From: Alphaproteobacteria bacterium
GTDB lineage: Bacteria > Pseudomonadota > Alphaproteobacteria > MPNO01
Reading direction: 5' to 3'
Length of the DNA: 64,000 nucleotides
Assembly: GCA_964291675.2 (NCBI GenBank)
Contig: OZ219866.1
Location: forward strand, 1,408,001 to 1,472,000
Below, piece after piece: positions 18,300 through 27,994 of the stretch; position 1 is the stretch's first letter, and each line of letters begins with the position of its first letter. The translations under genes were made by a program, and so were the position numbers. The notes below the pieces were generated by a model, which saw nothing but the letters and a program-made list of their open reading frames with translations, made no database searches and was not told the DNA's origin.

Positions 18300-19348
18300 G
18301 CGAGCGTTTCGCGGCCGGCGAGCTCGAACGCTTCATCGCCGGGGTGCTGACCCGCGAAGGCCTGCCCGCGGGGGACGCGGCGGATGTCGCGCGCCTCATG
18401 GTGGCCGCCGACCGCACCGGGTTCGACGCGCACGGGATCTTCCGGCTGCCGGACTATCTGAAACGCATCAGGGGCGGCGGAATCAACCGGACCCCGAAAA
18501 TTGCAATCCTGCGGGAGACCGCCTCGATCGCACTCGTCGACGGCGACAACGGCATGGGGCATCTCGCGGTCGAACGCGCGGCCCGGACGGCGATCCAGAA
18601 GGCCGCGGAGACCGGCATCGGCTGGGCCGGCACGCGCAACGGCAACCACGCCGGCGCGGCGTCGGTCTATGCCGCGATGCCGCTGGCGCGGGGCATGATC
18701 GGCATCTACGGCGCGGTCGGCGGCGGCAACCAGATGCCGCCCTGGGGCGGCACCGATCCGCTGCTCAGCACCAACCCGCTCGCGGTCGCGATCCCGGCCG
18801 GGGACGGCACCCCGGTGGTGATGGATTTCGCGACCAGCGTCGCCTCGATGGGCAAGATCAGGACCGTCGCGCAGCGCGGCGAAGCCATGCCCGAGGGCTG
18901 GATGGTGGCGCGCGACGGCACCCCGCTCACCGATCCGGCGCGCGCCCCGGAAGGGCTGCTGCTGCCGATGGGCGGCTACAAGGGCTATGCGCTCGCCCTC
19001 GTCATCGGGCTGCTGGCGGGCACGCTCAACGGCGCGGCGATGGGCGGGGAGCTCGTCGACTACGCCGCCGACATCGACCGCGCCGCCAATACCGGGCAGT
19101 TCATCTGCGCCCTCGACCCGGCGGCGTTCGGCGATGCGGCGGCGATCAGGGGAGCGGTCGGCCGGGTGGCCGGCGAGATGCGGGGCTCGGCGACGATGCC
19201 GGGCGTCGAGTCGGTCCTCGTGCCGGGCGACGGCCGCGCGGCGCGCCTCGCCGACCGCGAGGCTAACGGCATCGCCGTCCCGGACGCGCTGCGCGACGTG
19301 CTCGACGGCATCGCCGAAGAGACCGGCGTCGCGCCGCTCGGAAACTGA
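18296..19348 (+). CDS. Ldh_2 family oxidoreductase (malate/L-lactate/ureidoglycolate dehydrogenase type)
   Basis: AHGIFRL, DGDNGMG, NHAG, STNPLA, DFATS, GGYKGY. Confidence 0.9.
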   Translation: MSERFAAGELERFIAGVLTREGLPAGDAADVARLMVAADRTGFDAHGIFRLPDYLKRIRGGGINRTPKIAILRETASIALVDGDNGMGHLAVERAARTAIQKAAETGIGWAGTRNGNHAGAASVYAAMPLARGMIGIYGAVGGGNQMPPWGGTDPLLSTNPLAVAIPAGDGTPVVMDFATSVASMGKIRTVAQRGEAMPEGWMVARDGTPLTDPARAPEGLLLPMGGYKGYALALVIGLLAGTLNGAAMGGELVDYAADIDRAANTGQFICALDPAAFGDAAAIRGAVGRVAGEMRGSATMPGVESVLVPGDGRAARLADREANGIAVPDALRDVLDGIAEETGVAPLGN

Positions 19349-19373
19349 CGACAACACAGGCAAGGAGAGAGAC

Positions 19374-20147
19374 ATGGCGGGCGAGGCGTTTGCGCTCACG
19401 GACAAGACGGTCGTGATCACCGGCGGCGGGCGGGGGCTGGGCCAGGCCTATGCGCTCGCGGCGGCGGAGCTCGGCGCGAAGATCGTCGCCGCCGACGTGA
19501 TCCCGACCGCGGACACGGTCGCCCGGGTCGAGGCGATGGGCGGCGCGTGCGTCGGCGTCGCGCTCGACGTGCGCGACGAGGAGTCGTGCCGGGCGATGGC
19601 CGGGGCGGCGGTGGAGGCGTTCGGCGGGATCGACGGGCTGATCAACAACGCCGCGCTCTACGGCGCGCTGACCGGCGGGCGGTTCGACGCGATCGACCCC
19701 GGCGAGTGGGACGACGCCATGGCGGTCAACGTCAAGGGCATCTGGAACTGCTGCAAGGCCGCGGTGCCGGCGATGCGCGAGCGCGGCGGCGGCTCGGTGA
19801 TCAACATCGCCTCGCTCGCCGCCCGCTTCGGCATGCCGTATGCGCTGCACTACACCACCTCGAAGGCGGCGGTGGTCGGGCTCACCCGCGGGCTGGCGCG
19901 CGAGATCGGGCGCGACAACATAAGGGTCAACGCGATGGCGCCGAGCGCGGTGATCACCGAGGGCACGCGCGAGTTCTTCGCCGCCAAGCTCGACAACGCG
20001 CTCGACGTGATCAGGAACGGCCAGATCATCCGCCGCAGCATGACCCCCGACGACGTGATCGGCACCGCGATGTGGCTGCTCTCGGATGCCAGCGCCTTCG
20101 TCACCGGCCAGACGATATCGGTCGACGGGGGGACGGTGCTGGCGTAG
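19374..20147 (+). CDS. Short-chain dehydrogenase/reductase
   Basis: TGGGRGLG, NNAA, YTTSK; RBS AAGGAG. Confidence 0.9.
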   Translation: MAGEAFALTDKTVVITGGGRGLGQAYALAAAELGAKIVAADVIPTADTVARVEAMGGACVGVALDVRDEESCRAMAGAAVEAFGGIDGLINNAALYGALTGGRFDAIDPGEWDDAMAVNVKGIWNCCKAAVPAMRERGGGSVINIASLAARFGMPYALHYTTSKAAVVGLTRGLAREIGRDNIRVNAMAPSAVITEGTREFFAAKLDNALDVIRNGQIIRRSMTPDDVIGTAMWLLSDASAFVTGQTISVDGGTVLA

Positions 20148-20257
20148 GGCCCGGCTCCTCCCGCAGCGCCCTCCGCGTCACCCCGGACCGGGCCCGCCGG
20201 TGCCCGGTTTGGATTTTCGACGCGTGGGAAAAATGCGGCCGGCCGGGCCCGGGGGGG

Positions 20258-20560
20258 TCAGTGCCCGGCGGCGGCCTGGGCCGCCTTCATCGCCTCGACC
20301 TGCTCCGGCGTCGCCTCTTTCTGAAAGCGGGTCTTCCACTCCGAGTACGGCATGCCGTAGACGATCTCGCGCGCGTCCTCGTAGCCCATCTCGATGCCGC
20401 GCTCTTCCGCCGCCGCGCGATACCACTTGCTGAGGCAGTTGCGGCAGAAGCCGGAAAGGTTCATCAGGTCGATGTTCTGCACGTCGGTGCGTTCGCGCAA
20501 GTGGCCGACGAGCGTCCGGAAGGCCGCCGCCTCGAGCTCGATCCGCGTCTGGTCGTCCAT
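20258..20560 (-). CDS. DUF1244 family protein
   Basis: ELEAAAFR, DVQNIDLMNLSGFCRNCL, YGMPYSEWK. Confidence 0.85.
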   Translation of the reverse strand: MDDQTRIELEAAAFRTLVGHLRERTDVQNIDLMNLSGFCRNCLSKWYRAAAEERGIEMGYEDAREIVYGMPYSEWKTRFQKEATPEQVEAMKAAQAAAGH

Positions 20561-20620
20561 GCCGTCCTCCAGTCTCCGTTGGTCCGATATTGGCCAAACC
20601 GGCGGCCAAGTCCAGCCCGC

Positions 20621-21757
20621 TCAGGGCGGGCTCAGCGTCTCCTCGACCAGCAGATCGACCACGCCGCGGAGTGCCTCGTCGGGGCTCCTGCCTGCTTCGA
20701 GGGCGGCCTGCCAGGCGGCGCGCTGGCGATGCGCCCCGGTGCCGCGGGCAAGCACGCTGCGCGCATGCGCGACCTCCTGGACGCAGCCGAAATGCTCGGC
20801 GTCCTCCTCGACCAGCACCAGGATCTCCTCCAGCAGACCGGCATAGGGGACGACCTCGCCGCGGCCGAAATCGACCAGCCCGCGGTCGAAGCCGTAGCGC
20901 TGCGCCCGCCAGCGGTTCTCGTTGACCAGGGTGCGCGAATAGATCCGCCAGCGCTGGTTGTCGCGCCTGAGCCGCCACAGCATGCGGCACAGGCAGCGGA
21001 AGATGGCGGCGATCGCAAGCCCGTCCTCGGCATAGGTGCAGATGTCGGCGATGCGCATCTCCAGCGTCGGGAAGCGGGCGGACGGGCGGATGTCCCACCA
21101 CAGCTTGGTCGCGTCCTCGATCAGCCCCGCGCCGGTCATGATGTTCACCGTACGCTCGTAGTCGCTGAGCGTCTGGAAACGCTCGGGAAGCCCGGCGCGC
21201 GGCAGCTCGTCGATCACCGCCAGCCGGTAGGACATCAGCCCGGTCTCCGCCCCGCCCCAGAACGGCGAGGAGGTCGAGAGCGCCAGCAGATGCGGCAGGA
21301 AATAGACCGCCTGGTTCATCAGGTCGATCCGCAGCTCGGGATCCTCGATCCCGACATGGACATGCATGCCGCAGGTGAGCAGCCGCCTGGCGACGAGCTG
21401 AAGGTCCTCGTCGATCTGGATGTAGCGCTCGCCCTCGGTCGGCTTCTGGTCGAGCCAGTCGGCGAACGGGTGGGTCGAGGCGGCGACCGGGGCGCAGCCA
21501 AAGCCGGCGGCGATCTCGCCGAGCCCGCCGCGCAGCCGCGCGATATGGTGCCGCGCCTCTCCGGGGGTGGTGCAGACCGGGGTGGCCACCTCGATCTGGG
21601 AGCGCAGGAACTCCGGCGCGACGGCATCGCCGAGCCGGTCCCGGCAGGCCTCCATCATCTCCGGCCGGGGCTCGGCGACCAGATCCCGGCTGTCGCGGTC
21701 GACGAGGAGGTATTCCTCCTCGATGCCGAAGGTGAAGGACGGCTCGGCGATCTGCAT
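20621..21757 (-). CDS. Carboxylate-amine ligase (YbdK/GCS2 family)
   Basis: TFGIEEEY, CGMHVHVG, WWDIRP, TLEMRI, ENRWRAQRYG. Confidence 0.9.
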   Translation of the reverse strand: MQIAEPSFTFGIEEEYLLVDRDSRDLVAEPRPEMMEACRDRLGDAVAPEFLRSQIEVATPVCTTPGEARHHIARLRGGLGEIAAGFGCAPVAASTHPFADWLDQKPTEGERYIQIDEDLQLVARRLLTCGMHVHVGIEDPELRIDLMNQAVYFLPHLLALSTSSPFWGGAETGLMSYRLAVIDELPRAGLPERFQTLSDYERTVNIMTGAGLIEDATKLWWDIRPSARFPTLEMRIADICTYAEDGLAIAAIFRCLCRMLWRLRRDNQRWRIYSRTLVNENRWRAQRYGFDRGLVDFGRGEVVPYAGLLEEILVLVEEDAEHFGCVQEVAHARSVLARGTGAHRQRAAWQAALEAGRSPDEALRGVVDLLVEETLSPP

Positions 21758-21770
21758 CTCCGGTCTCCGC

Positions 21771-22532
21771 TCAGCCCGCCGGGAGCTGGGCGAGCACCGT
21801 CTCCAGCGCGCCGGCGAGGATGTCGACATAGCGCGCCGCGCCGTTCGAATCCGCCACCTGGTCGGCGCGGATCTCGATCAGCGCGTGCGGCGTCCCGGTC
21901 TGCGAACCATGCACCTTGATGGTGTGGCCATGCCGGTTGCGCCCCGAATAGGGCTGGTTGTCGCCGACCTCCAGATCGCCGCGCCGGCGCAGCGCCGCCA
22001 GCAGCGGCACCGGAACCCGCGGGTCGTAGCCCCAGAGCACCGAGACCTGCCACGGGCGCGGCGTGCCGGCGAGCACCGGGGTGAAGCTGTGGACCGCGAT
22101 CAGCACCGGCATCCGGCCGCGCCCGCGCACCCCCTCCAGCACCCCGGCGAGCGCCGCGTGATAGGGATCGAACAGGACCCGCTTGCGCGCCGCGCGCGCC
22201 GCCTCCGAGATGCCGACATTGCCCGGCACCGCGGTCCCGTCGCTCACCTCGGCGATGGAGGTTTCGTGCTCCGGGGAGCGGTTGCAGTCGATCACCAGCC
22301 GGGAATAGCCGGCGAGCACCGCCGCCGCGTCCAGCCGCTCGGACAGACCGCGCGTCACCTCCGCCGCGCCCTGGTCCCAGGCGATGTGGCGGTGCAGCTC
22401 GCGCTCCACCAGCCCGAGCCCCTTGAGCGCGCGCGGCACCAGATTGCTGGCATGGTCGCAGGCGAGCACGATCGGGCTCGCCCCGCCGGGGTTCTCGACG
22501 GTGAAAGGCGGCGGTTCGCTCTCGGTCAGCAC
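21771..22532 (-). CDS. N-formylglutamate amidohydrolase family protein
   Basis: CDHAS, HIAWD, SRLVIDCNR, VHSFTP, DNQPY, IEIR. Confidence 0.9.
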   Translation of the reverse strand: MLTESEPPPFTVENPGGASPIVLACDHASNLVPRALKGLGLVERELHRHIAWDQGAAEVTRGLSERLDAAAVLAGYSRLVIDCNRSPEHETSIAEVSDGTAVPGNVGISEAARAARKRVLFDPYHAALAGVLEGVRGRGRMPVLIAVHSFTPVLAGTPRPWQVSVLWGYDPRVPVPLLAALRRRGDLEVGDNQPYSGRNRHGHTIKVHGSQTGTPHALIEIRADQVADSNGAARYVDILAGALETVLAQLPAG

Positions 22533-22632
22533 GCTCTCGGCCTCGTCTCTCGGTGGGCGCGCGGCGACTATAGACGATCGGGCCCGCGCGGGGACGGTTT
22601 GGGGGCGCGCCGCCATCCGATATAAGGCGCCG

Positions 22633-23904
22633 ATGGCGACCGATCCCCGGAAAACCCTCAGAACCCTGTTCGATGCCGCGCTCGCGGCGGTCTCGCCCCG
22701 CCTCGTGCTGCCGCCGCATCTGCCCCAACCGCCGCGCGGGCGCACCGCGGTGCTCGGCTTCGGCAAGGCGGCGGCCGAGATGGCGCGCGCGTTCGAGGCG
22801 CACTGGCCTTCCCCCTTCGAGGGGTTCGCGGTCACCCGCTACGGCCACGCCGCCCGGTGCCGGACGATCGAGGTCATCGAGGCGGGCCATCCCGTGCCCG
22901 ACGCCGCCGCGCTCGTCGCCGCCGACCGCGCGCTCGCGCTCGCCGCCGGGCTCGGCGCGGGCGACCTCCTGCTCTGCCTCGCCTCGGGCGGCGGCTCGGC
23001 CCTGCTCGCCAAGCCGGCCCCCGGCATCGCCCTCGCCGAGAAGCAGGCGCTCACCCGCTCCCTGCTCGCCTGCGGCGCGGCGATCGGCGAGATCAACTGC
23101 GTGCGCAAGCATCTGTCCGCGATCAAGGGCGGCAGGCTGGCGGCGGCGGCCGCGCCGGCCGAGGTGCTGACGCTGGCGATCTCCGACGTCCCCGGCGACG
23201 ATCCCGCGACCATCGCCTCGGGCCCCACCGTCGCCGATCCGACCGACGCGTCGGAAGCCCGCGCGATCCTCGCACGCTACGGCATCGAGACCGGGGAGGC
23301 GGCGGCCGCGGTGCTTTCCGGGCCGGCGGGGGAGACGCCGGACCGGCTCGCCAATGCGCGGTTCGCGATCGTCGCCCGCGCCCGCGACGCGCTGGAAGCC
23401 GCCGCGCGGGAGGCCGGGCGCCAGGGGATCGCCGCGCGCATACTCGGCGACGATCTCGCCGGCGAGGCACGTGCGCTGGGCGCCGCCCATGCCGCGCTCG
23501 CCCGCGAGACCGCGGCCGGTGCCGGACCGGTCGTGCTGCTCTCCGGCGGCGAGACCGAGGTGACGCTGCCGCGCCCCGGCTTCGGCAGGGGCGGGCGCAA
23601 CACGGAGTACCTGCTGGCGCTCGCCGCCGGGCTCGACGGCGCGCCGGGGATCTGGGCGATCGCCTGCGACACCGACGGTATCGACGGCACCGAGGATGCC
23701 GCCGGCGCGGTCCTTGCCCCGGACAGCCTCGCCCGCGCCGCCGATTCCGGGCTCGACGCCCGGGCCGCGCTCGCCGCCCACGACAGCTACGGCTACTTCG
23801 CCGCGCTCGGCGATCTCGTCGTCACCGGACCGACGCGAACCAACGTCAACGATTTCCGCGCCATTCTGATCGGCGCTGGCGCGGGTCAGCCGGCGCCTCT
23901 ATAG
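22633..23904 (+). CDS. Glycerate 2-kinase (TtuD/GckA, MOFRL family)
   Basis: GKAAAEMA, HPVPD, SGGGSAL, ISDVPGD, GGRN, TDGIDG, TGPTRTNVND. Confidence 0.92.
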   Translation: MATDPRKTLRTLFDAALAAVSPRLVLPPHLPQPPRGRTAVLGFGKAAAEMARAFEAHWPSPFEGFAVTRYGHAARCRTIEVIEAGHPVPDAAALVAADRALALAAGLGAGDLLLCLASGGGSALLAKPAPGIALAEKQALTRSLLACGAAIGEINCVRKHLSAIKGGRLAAAAAPAEVLTLAISDVPGDDPATIASGPTVADPTDASEARAILARYGIETGEAAAAVLSGPAGETPDRLANARFAIVARARDALEAAAREAGRQGIAARILGDDLAGEARALGAAHAALARETAAGAGPVVLLSGGETEVTLPRPGFGRGGRNTEYLLALAAGLDGAPGIWAIACDTDGIDGTEDAAGAVLAPDSLARAADSGLDARAALAAHDSYGYFAALGDLVVTGPTRTNVNDFRAILIGAGAGQPAPL

Positions 23905-23971
23905 ACAGCGCCGGAGACGGGGGACCATGCGCCGCCACAGGCGAACCAAGATCGTGACCACGCTCGGGCCG
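23836..23971 (+). repeat. 136-bp direct repeat, copy 1
   Basis: Matches 24682-24817 apart from one C/T difference; spans the glycerate kinase 3' end and the pyk 5' end. Confidence 0.95.
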
Positions 23972-23998
23972 TCGAATTGTCCCCTTCCCCTCCCTTGA
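23927..23998 (+). pseudogene. Duplicated pyk 5' fragment (MRRHRRTKIVTTLGP then junk)
   Basis: First 15 codons are identical to pyk at 24773. Confidence 0.8.
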
Positions 23999-24022
23999 CG
24001 GGCCCGGACATGAGCCTAACAT
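23995..24022 (+). promoter_or_regulatory. Sigma70-like promoter of the inserted cassette
   Basis: TTGACG-N16-TAACAT. Confidence 0.55.
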
Positions 24023-24055
24023 GTTGGTATCCATCCACATGGGAGGTTTTCTGTG

Positions 24056-24118
24056 ATGTCTTCAACACTTTCCGATGCCGGCCGGTGCCGCAAAGGTTGG
24101 GGCGGACCAAAACGCTGA
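24056..24118 (+). CDS. 20-aa small ORF MSSTLSDAGRCRKGWGGPKR
   Basis: RBS GGAGG at 24042-24046; GTG-ATG start; lies between the promoter and the DUF4760-like gene; absent from the ORF track. Confidence 0.5.
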   Translation: MSSTLSDAGRCRKGWGGPKR

Positions 24119-24163
24119 TCCCGCGTGCCCTCTCAAGTTCCAACGGGGAATGGCTGCGACACG

Positions 24164-24667
24164 ATGATCGTCGCAGCCATTCTTCTTTCCGCTGGCATCG
24201 CGGCCTTCATCGCCTTGGTAGTCGTCGCCAAACAAAGGCTCGCAAGCAAGCGGAGATACGCCTACGAACTCGCCGCCGAACTTCTTGAGCCGGACTTTGA
24301 GGAGTTGACGAGGGCATTCCAAGAAGTCTCGGAGGCAAATGCCTGGAACATCATCCTCAAACCGTCCACCGACGAAGAACTCCGAACCCAGATAAGGGTC
24401 GCTCGCTACCTGAATCGTCTGGAGCTGGTTTGCCTCGCCGTGAGGACGAACATTGTCGACGAGAATGTCCTCAAGACGCTAATTGGAGATGCCTTGGTGA
24501 GCCGACTCGGGAACGCCATGCCGCTGATCGCCATGATCCGCAATGACGAGAACGATCAAGGGTTCTTCCAGCACTTCGAGCACATCGGCAGCCGATGGCA
24601 GCAAGACCCGGAGGTCCGCGAAACATTCATCGTCTGGGCCATCGTCCGAGAGATCTTCCGCATCTGA
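24164..24667 (+). CDS. DUF4760-like membrane-anchored protein
   Basis: N-terminal TM helix; YLNRLELVCLAV..NIVDE..IR..FFQHFE..RW pattern; lower GC than the flanks. Confidence 0.7.
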   Translation: MIVAAILLSAGIAAFIALVVVAKQRLASKRRYAYELAAELLEPDFEELTRAFQEVSEANAWNIILKPSTDEELRTQIRVARYLNRLELVCLAVRTNIVDENVLKTLIGDALVSRLGNAMPLIAMIRNDENDQGFFQHFEHIGSRWQQDPEVRETFIVWAIVREIFRI

Positions 24668-24681
24668 GGAAGTGCGAAGCA

Positions 24682-24817
24682 CGAACCAACGTCAACGATT
24701 TCCGCGCCATTCTGATCGGCGCTGGCGCGGGTCAGCCGGTGCCTCTATAGACAGCGCCGGAGACGGGGGACCATGCGCCGCCACAGGCGAACCAAGATCG
24801 TGACCACGCTCGGGCCG
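24682..24817 (+). repeat. 136-bp direct repeat, copy 2
   Basis: See 23836-23971. Confidence 0.95.
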
Positions 24818-26191
24818 GCGAGCGCCACGCCCGAGGCGGTGCGCGATCTGTTCGAGGCCGGCGCCGACATGTTCCGCCTCAATTTCAGCCACGGCACGCA
24901 TGAGGGCCACGCCGAGCGGGTGCGCTGGATCCGCGAGGTCGAGCGCGCCGCCGACCACCCGATCGGCATCCTGATGGACTTGCAGGGCCCCAAGCTGCGC
25001 ATCGGCGCGATCGCCGGCGGCGAGGCGGTGCTGGAGGCCGGCGCCGCCTTCCGCCTCGACCTGTCGCCCGAGCCCGGCGACGGCGCGCGGGCGCCGCTGC
25101 CGCATCCCGAAGTGTTCGAGGCCATCCGGCAGGGCACCGAGCTGCTGATCGACGACGGCAAAATCCGCCTCGCGGTGCGCGAGTGCGCGGCCGACCATGC
25201 GGTCACCGAGATCCTGTTCGGCGGAAGGCTGAGCGATCACAAGGGGGTCAACATCCCCCACGCGGTGCTGCCGATCTCGGCGCTGACCGGCAAGGACCGG
25301 CGCGACCTCGACTTCGCCCTCACCCTCGGCATCGACTGGATCGGGCTGAGCTTCGTGCAGCGCCCCGACGACGTGGCGGCGGCGCGCCGGATCATCGGCG
25401 GCAAGGCCGCGGTGATGGCGAAGCTGGAAAAGCCCGCCGCCATCGAATGCCTGGACGAGATCCTCGCCCTGTCCGACGGGGTGATGGTGGCGCGCGGCGA
25501 TCTCGGCGTGGAGCTGCCGCCCGAGGACGTCCCCAGCATCCAGAAACAGGTCGTCCGGCGCTGCCGCGAGGCCGGCAAGCCGGTCGTCGTCGCGACCCAG
25601 ATGCTGGAATCGATGATCGCCGCGCCGGCGCCGACCCGGGCCGAGGCGTCGGACGTCGCCACCGCGGTCTATGACGGCGCCGATGCGGTGATGCTGTCGG
25701 CCGAGACCGCGACCGGCGCCTATCCGCTCGCGGCGGTCTCGATGATGAGCCGGATCGTCACCCGGGTCGAGCGCGACGAGACCTTTCGCGCCATCATGGA
25801 CGCCGTCCACCCCGCCCCCGAGCGGACCGCGCCCGACGCGATCAGCGCCGCCGCCGCAAGGGTGGCGGAGACCGTCAGGGCGGCGGCGATCGTCACCTTC
25901 ACCAGCTCGGGCTCGACCGCGCTCCGCGCCGCGCGCGAACGCCCCGCCGTGCCGCTCGTGGCGCTGACCGCGCTGCGGGCGACCGCGCGCCAGCTCTCGG
26001 TCGCCTGGGGGGTGCACTGCGTGGTTTCCGCGGACGTCAAGGATTTCGCGGAGATGGTGGAGATCGCCTGCGAACGCACCGTCGCTGCGGGGTTCGCCGA
26101 GACCGGGCAGCGCCTGGTGATCACCGCCGGGGTCCCGTTCGGCACGCCCGGCGCGACCAACATCCTGCATATCGCCTGGATCGCCGGCTGA
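24773..26191 (+). CDS. pyk: Pyruvate kinase
   Basis: TKIVTTLGP, RLNFSHG, DLQGPK, MVARGDLG, ATQMLESM. Confidence 0.96.
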   Translation: MRRHRRTKIVTTLGPASATPEAVRDLFEAGADMFRLNFSHGTHEGHAERVRWIREVERAADHPIGILMDLQGPKLRIGAIAGGEAVLEAGAAFRLDLSPEPGDGARAPLPHPEVFEAIRQGTELLIDDGKIRLAVRECAADHAVTEILFGGRLSDHKGVNIPHAVLPISALTGKDRRDLDFALTLGIDWIGLSFVQRPDDVAAARRIIGGKAAVMAKLEKPAAIECLDEILALSDGVMVARGDLGVELPPEDVPSIQKQVVRRCREAGKPVVVATQMLESMIAAPAPTRAEASDVATAVYDGADAVMLSAETATGAYPLAAVSMMSRIVTRVERDETFRAIMDAVHPAPERTAPDAISAAAARVAETVRAAAIVTFTSSGSTALRAARERPAVPLVALTALRATARQLSVAWGVHCVVSADVKDFAEMVEIACERTVAAGFAETGQRLVITAGVPFGTPGATNILHIAWIAG

Positions 26192-26278
26192 CGTCGGCCG
26201 CTGCCGGCAAGTCCCGCGCGAACGGTTGCGCAACATACCACTTTTACTAGTATATCGAGCTCGTTTCTATCGTTCAGG

Positions 26279-27805
26279 ATGCCGCCCATGATTGTACGGT
26301 GTGGGCGGATTGCGGCGGCGCTGGCGATTTTGACGGTGTACCCGCCCGATCGCGCCGGTGCCGAGAGCAGGAGCGACTTCGTGTCCGGGCCGTGGGTCGG
26401 GCGTGCGATGTTCGACGACAGCAATCACCGGTTCCGCGGATGCGGCGCTTTCGTGCCGAGCGGCGACGATCCCACGCTGTTCTGGATCCGTTGGCACGAC
26501 CGCGAGCGCCCGGAAATAAGAATCCGCAACCCGCCCTGGGCCGTGCGCGAGGACCAGCGCTTCGAGGCGACGCTCTCGGTCGACGATGGCTGGCGCGCCG
26601 TCGCGCCGGTCAGCGTCGGGGTCGGGTCCGGCGCCTCCCAGCCGCTGTACCTGTCGATCCATGGCGATGGCGTCCAAGCGGTTGCCAGGGTCGCCGCCGG
26701 GGGCCGGACGCTGACCGTCGAGAGGGCCGGGGAGAAGCCGCTTTCCTTCTCCCTGTCCGGCGTCGGGGAGATGATGGAAAGCCTCGATCGGTGCCACAGC
26801 CGGGGGATCGCGCTCCAGCGAAGGGCGGACGAGGACGATCTGAGGGCGGTCGATTTCTTTGTCGCGCAGCAAGACGACGAGAAATTCGCGCAATGGTCGA
26901 ACAGTCTGTCAAGACTGGCCCATGCGGGGGTTACCATCATCGGTCTGGGCGACGGTGTCTGCCGTACCGTCGAACGGCTCTCCACCGGCCGGTACGATCT
27001 GCAGTTCGCAAATTTCGCGCTCGGCCTGGCGATAACGCCAGCGTCCAAGGCTCTCGGGACGGTGCGGAAGAACTTCGCGGATCTGGACGTCTTCGATCCC
27101 GCCTCCGGCGATCCGGGCATCGGCGTCGTGCTGCGGACGGCGATGGAACGGCTCCTCGTACAGGCAGAGACGGTGGTACATGCCTCCCAGGCGCTGATGT
27201 CGGCTATCTCGCAGGGCGACGACGCGGAGAGGGACCGGCTCTACGCCGCCATCGCCCGGCATTCCCATCTCAGCTATGCCGGCGACAACCTCTATCTAAC
27301 GATCAGGAACGCCTCGCGCAGCGAAGCGGACATGGAATATCACCTGAACCGGGCTTCGCGGAGCATCAACCTGATGAACGCCAAGCTGGTGAGGTCGATA
27401 TTGTTCCTGTCCGACGATGCGCTGGCCGAGAGATTGCCGGCTCTGATCGCGCTCTCCAGGGACCGCATACGGGACGCGCGCCGCTGGACCGCCGGCGGGC
27501 GCAAAATCATGACGGACCGGCTCGCGGATGCCATGTTCAAGCAGGAGCCCGAAGTCTCGCGGGAAAGGATGGCGCTGTTCAAGGCCTATGAACGATCGAT
27601 GCAGGCGGAAGATGCGCTTGCCGACCGGTTCGAGGCGGCGCTGGACGAGGTCGAGGTCGCCATGCGCCGCCGCGCGCCCCTGTCGGACACCGGGTATTTG
27701 AGCCTGGTTCATGGCGGGGAGCGAACGGCGGCGGCGCTGCTGCAGGAACGCTTCGCGCACCGACTCGAGCGCGGCGCGGCCTACGAGGCGCTCCAGGGTC
27801 GATGA
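26279..27805 (+). CDS. Hypothetical secreted protein (~505 aa)
   Basis: Signal-like N-terminus; natural amino-acid composition; lower GC; no family recognised. Confidence 0.6.
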   Translation: MPPMIVRCGRIAAALAILTVYPPDRAGAESRSDFVSGPWVGRAMFDDSNHRFRGCGAFVPSGDDPTLFWIRWHDRERPEIRIRNPPWAVREDQRFEATLSVDDGWRAVAPVSVGVGSGASQPLYLSIHGDGVQAVARVAAGGRTLTVERAGEKPLSFSLSGVGEMMESLDRCHSRGIALQRRADEDDLRAVDFFVAQQDDEKFAQWSNSLSRLAHAGVTIIGLGDGVCRTVERLSTGRYDLQFANFALGLAITPASKALGTVRKNFADLDVFDPASGDPGIGVVLRTAMERLLVQAETVVHASQALMSAISQGDDAERDRLYAAIARHSHLSYAGDNLYLTIRNASRSEADMEYHLNRASRSINLMNAKLVRSILFLSDDALAERLPALIALSRDRIRDARRWTAGGRKIMTDRLADAMFKQEPEVSRERMALFKAYERSMQAEDALADRFEAALDEVEVAMRRRAPLSDTGYLSLVHGGERTAAALLQERFAHRLERGAAYEALQGR

Positions 27806-27994
27806 CGCGGGGATCGGCCGACGGCGGCCCCGTCGCGCGGCCTCTCGCCTGCCAGCCCCAGACAAAGCGCCCGCCGACCGTTCTGGAGGCCAAGGTCGTC
27901 GTACCGGACGAAATCTTCCAGCCGATGCCCCCCGACCGCCGGCGGATGCCGCGACGGCATGGACCTTGCGCCATCCAGCCGTAAGGAACGCGCG

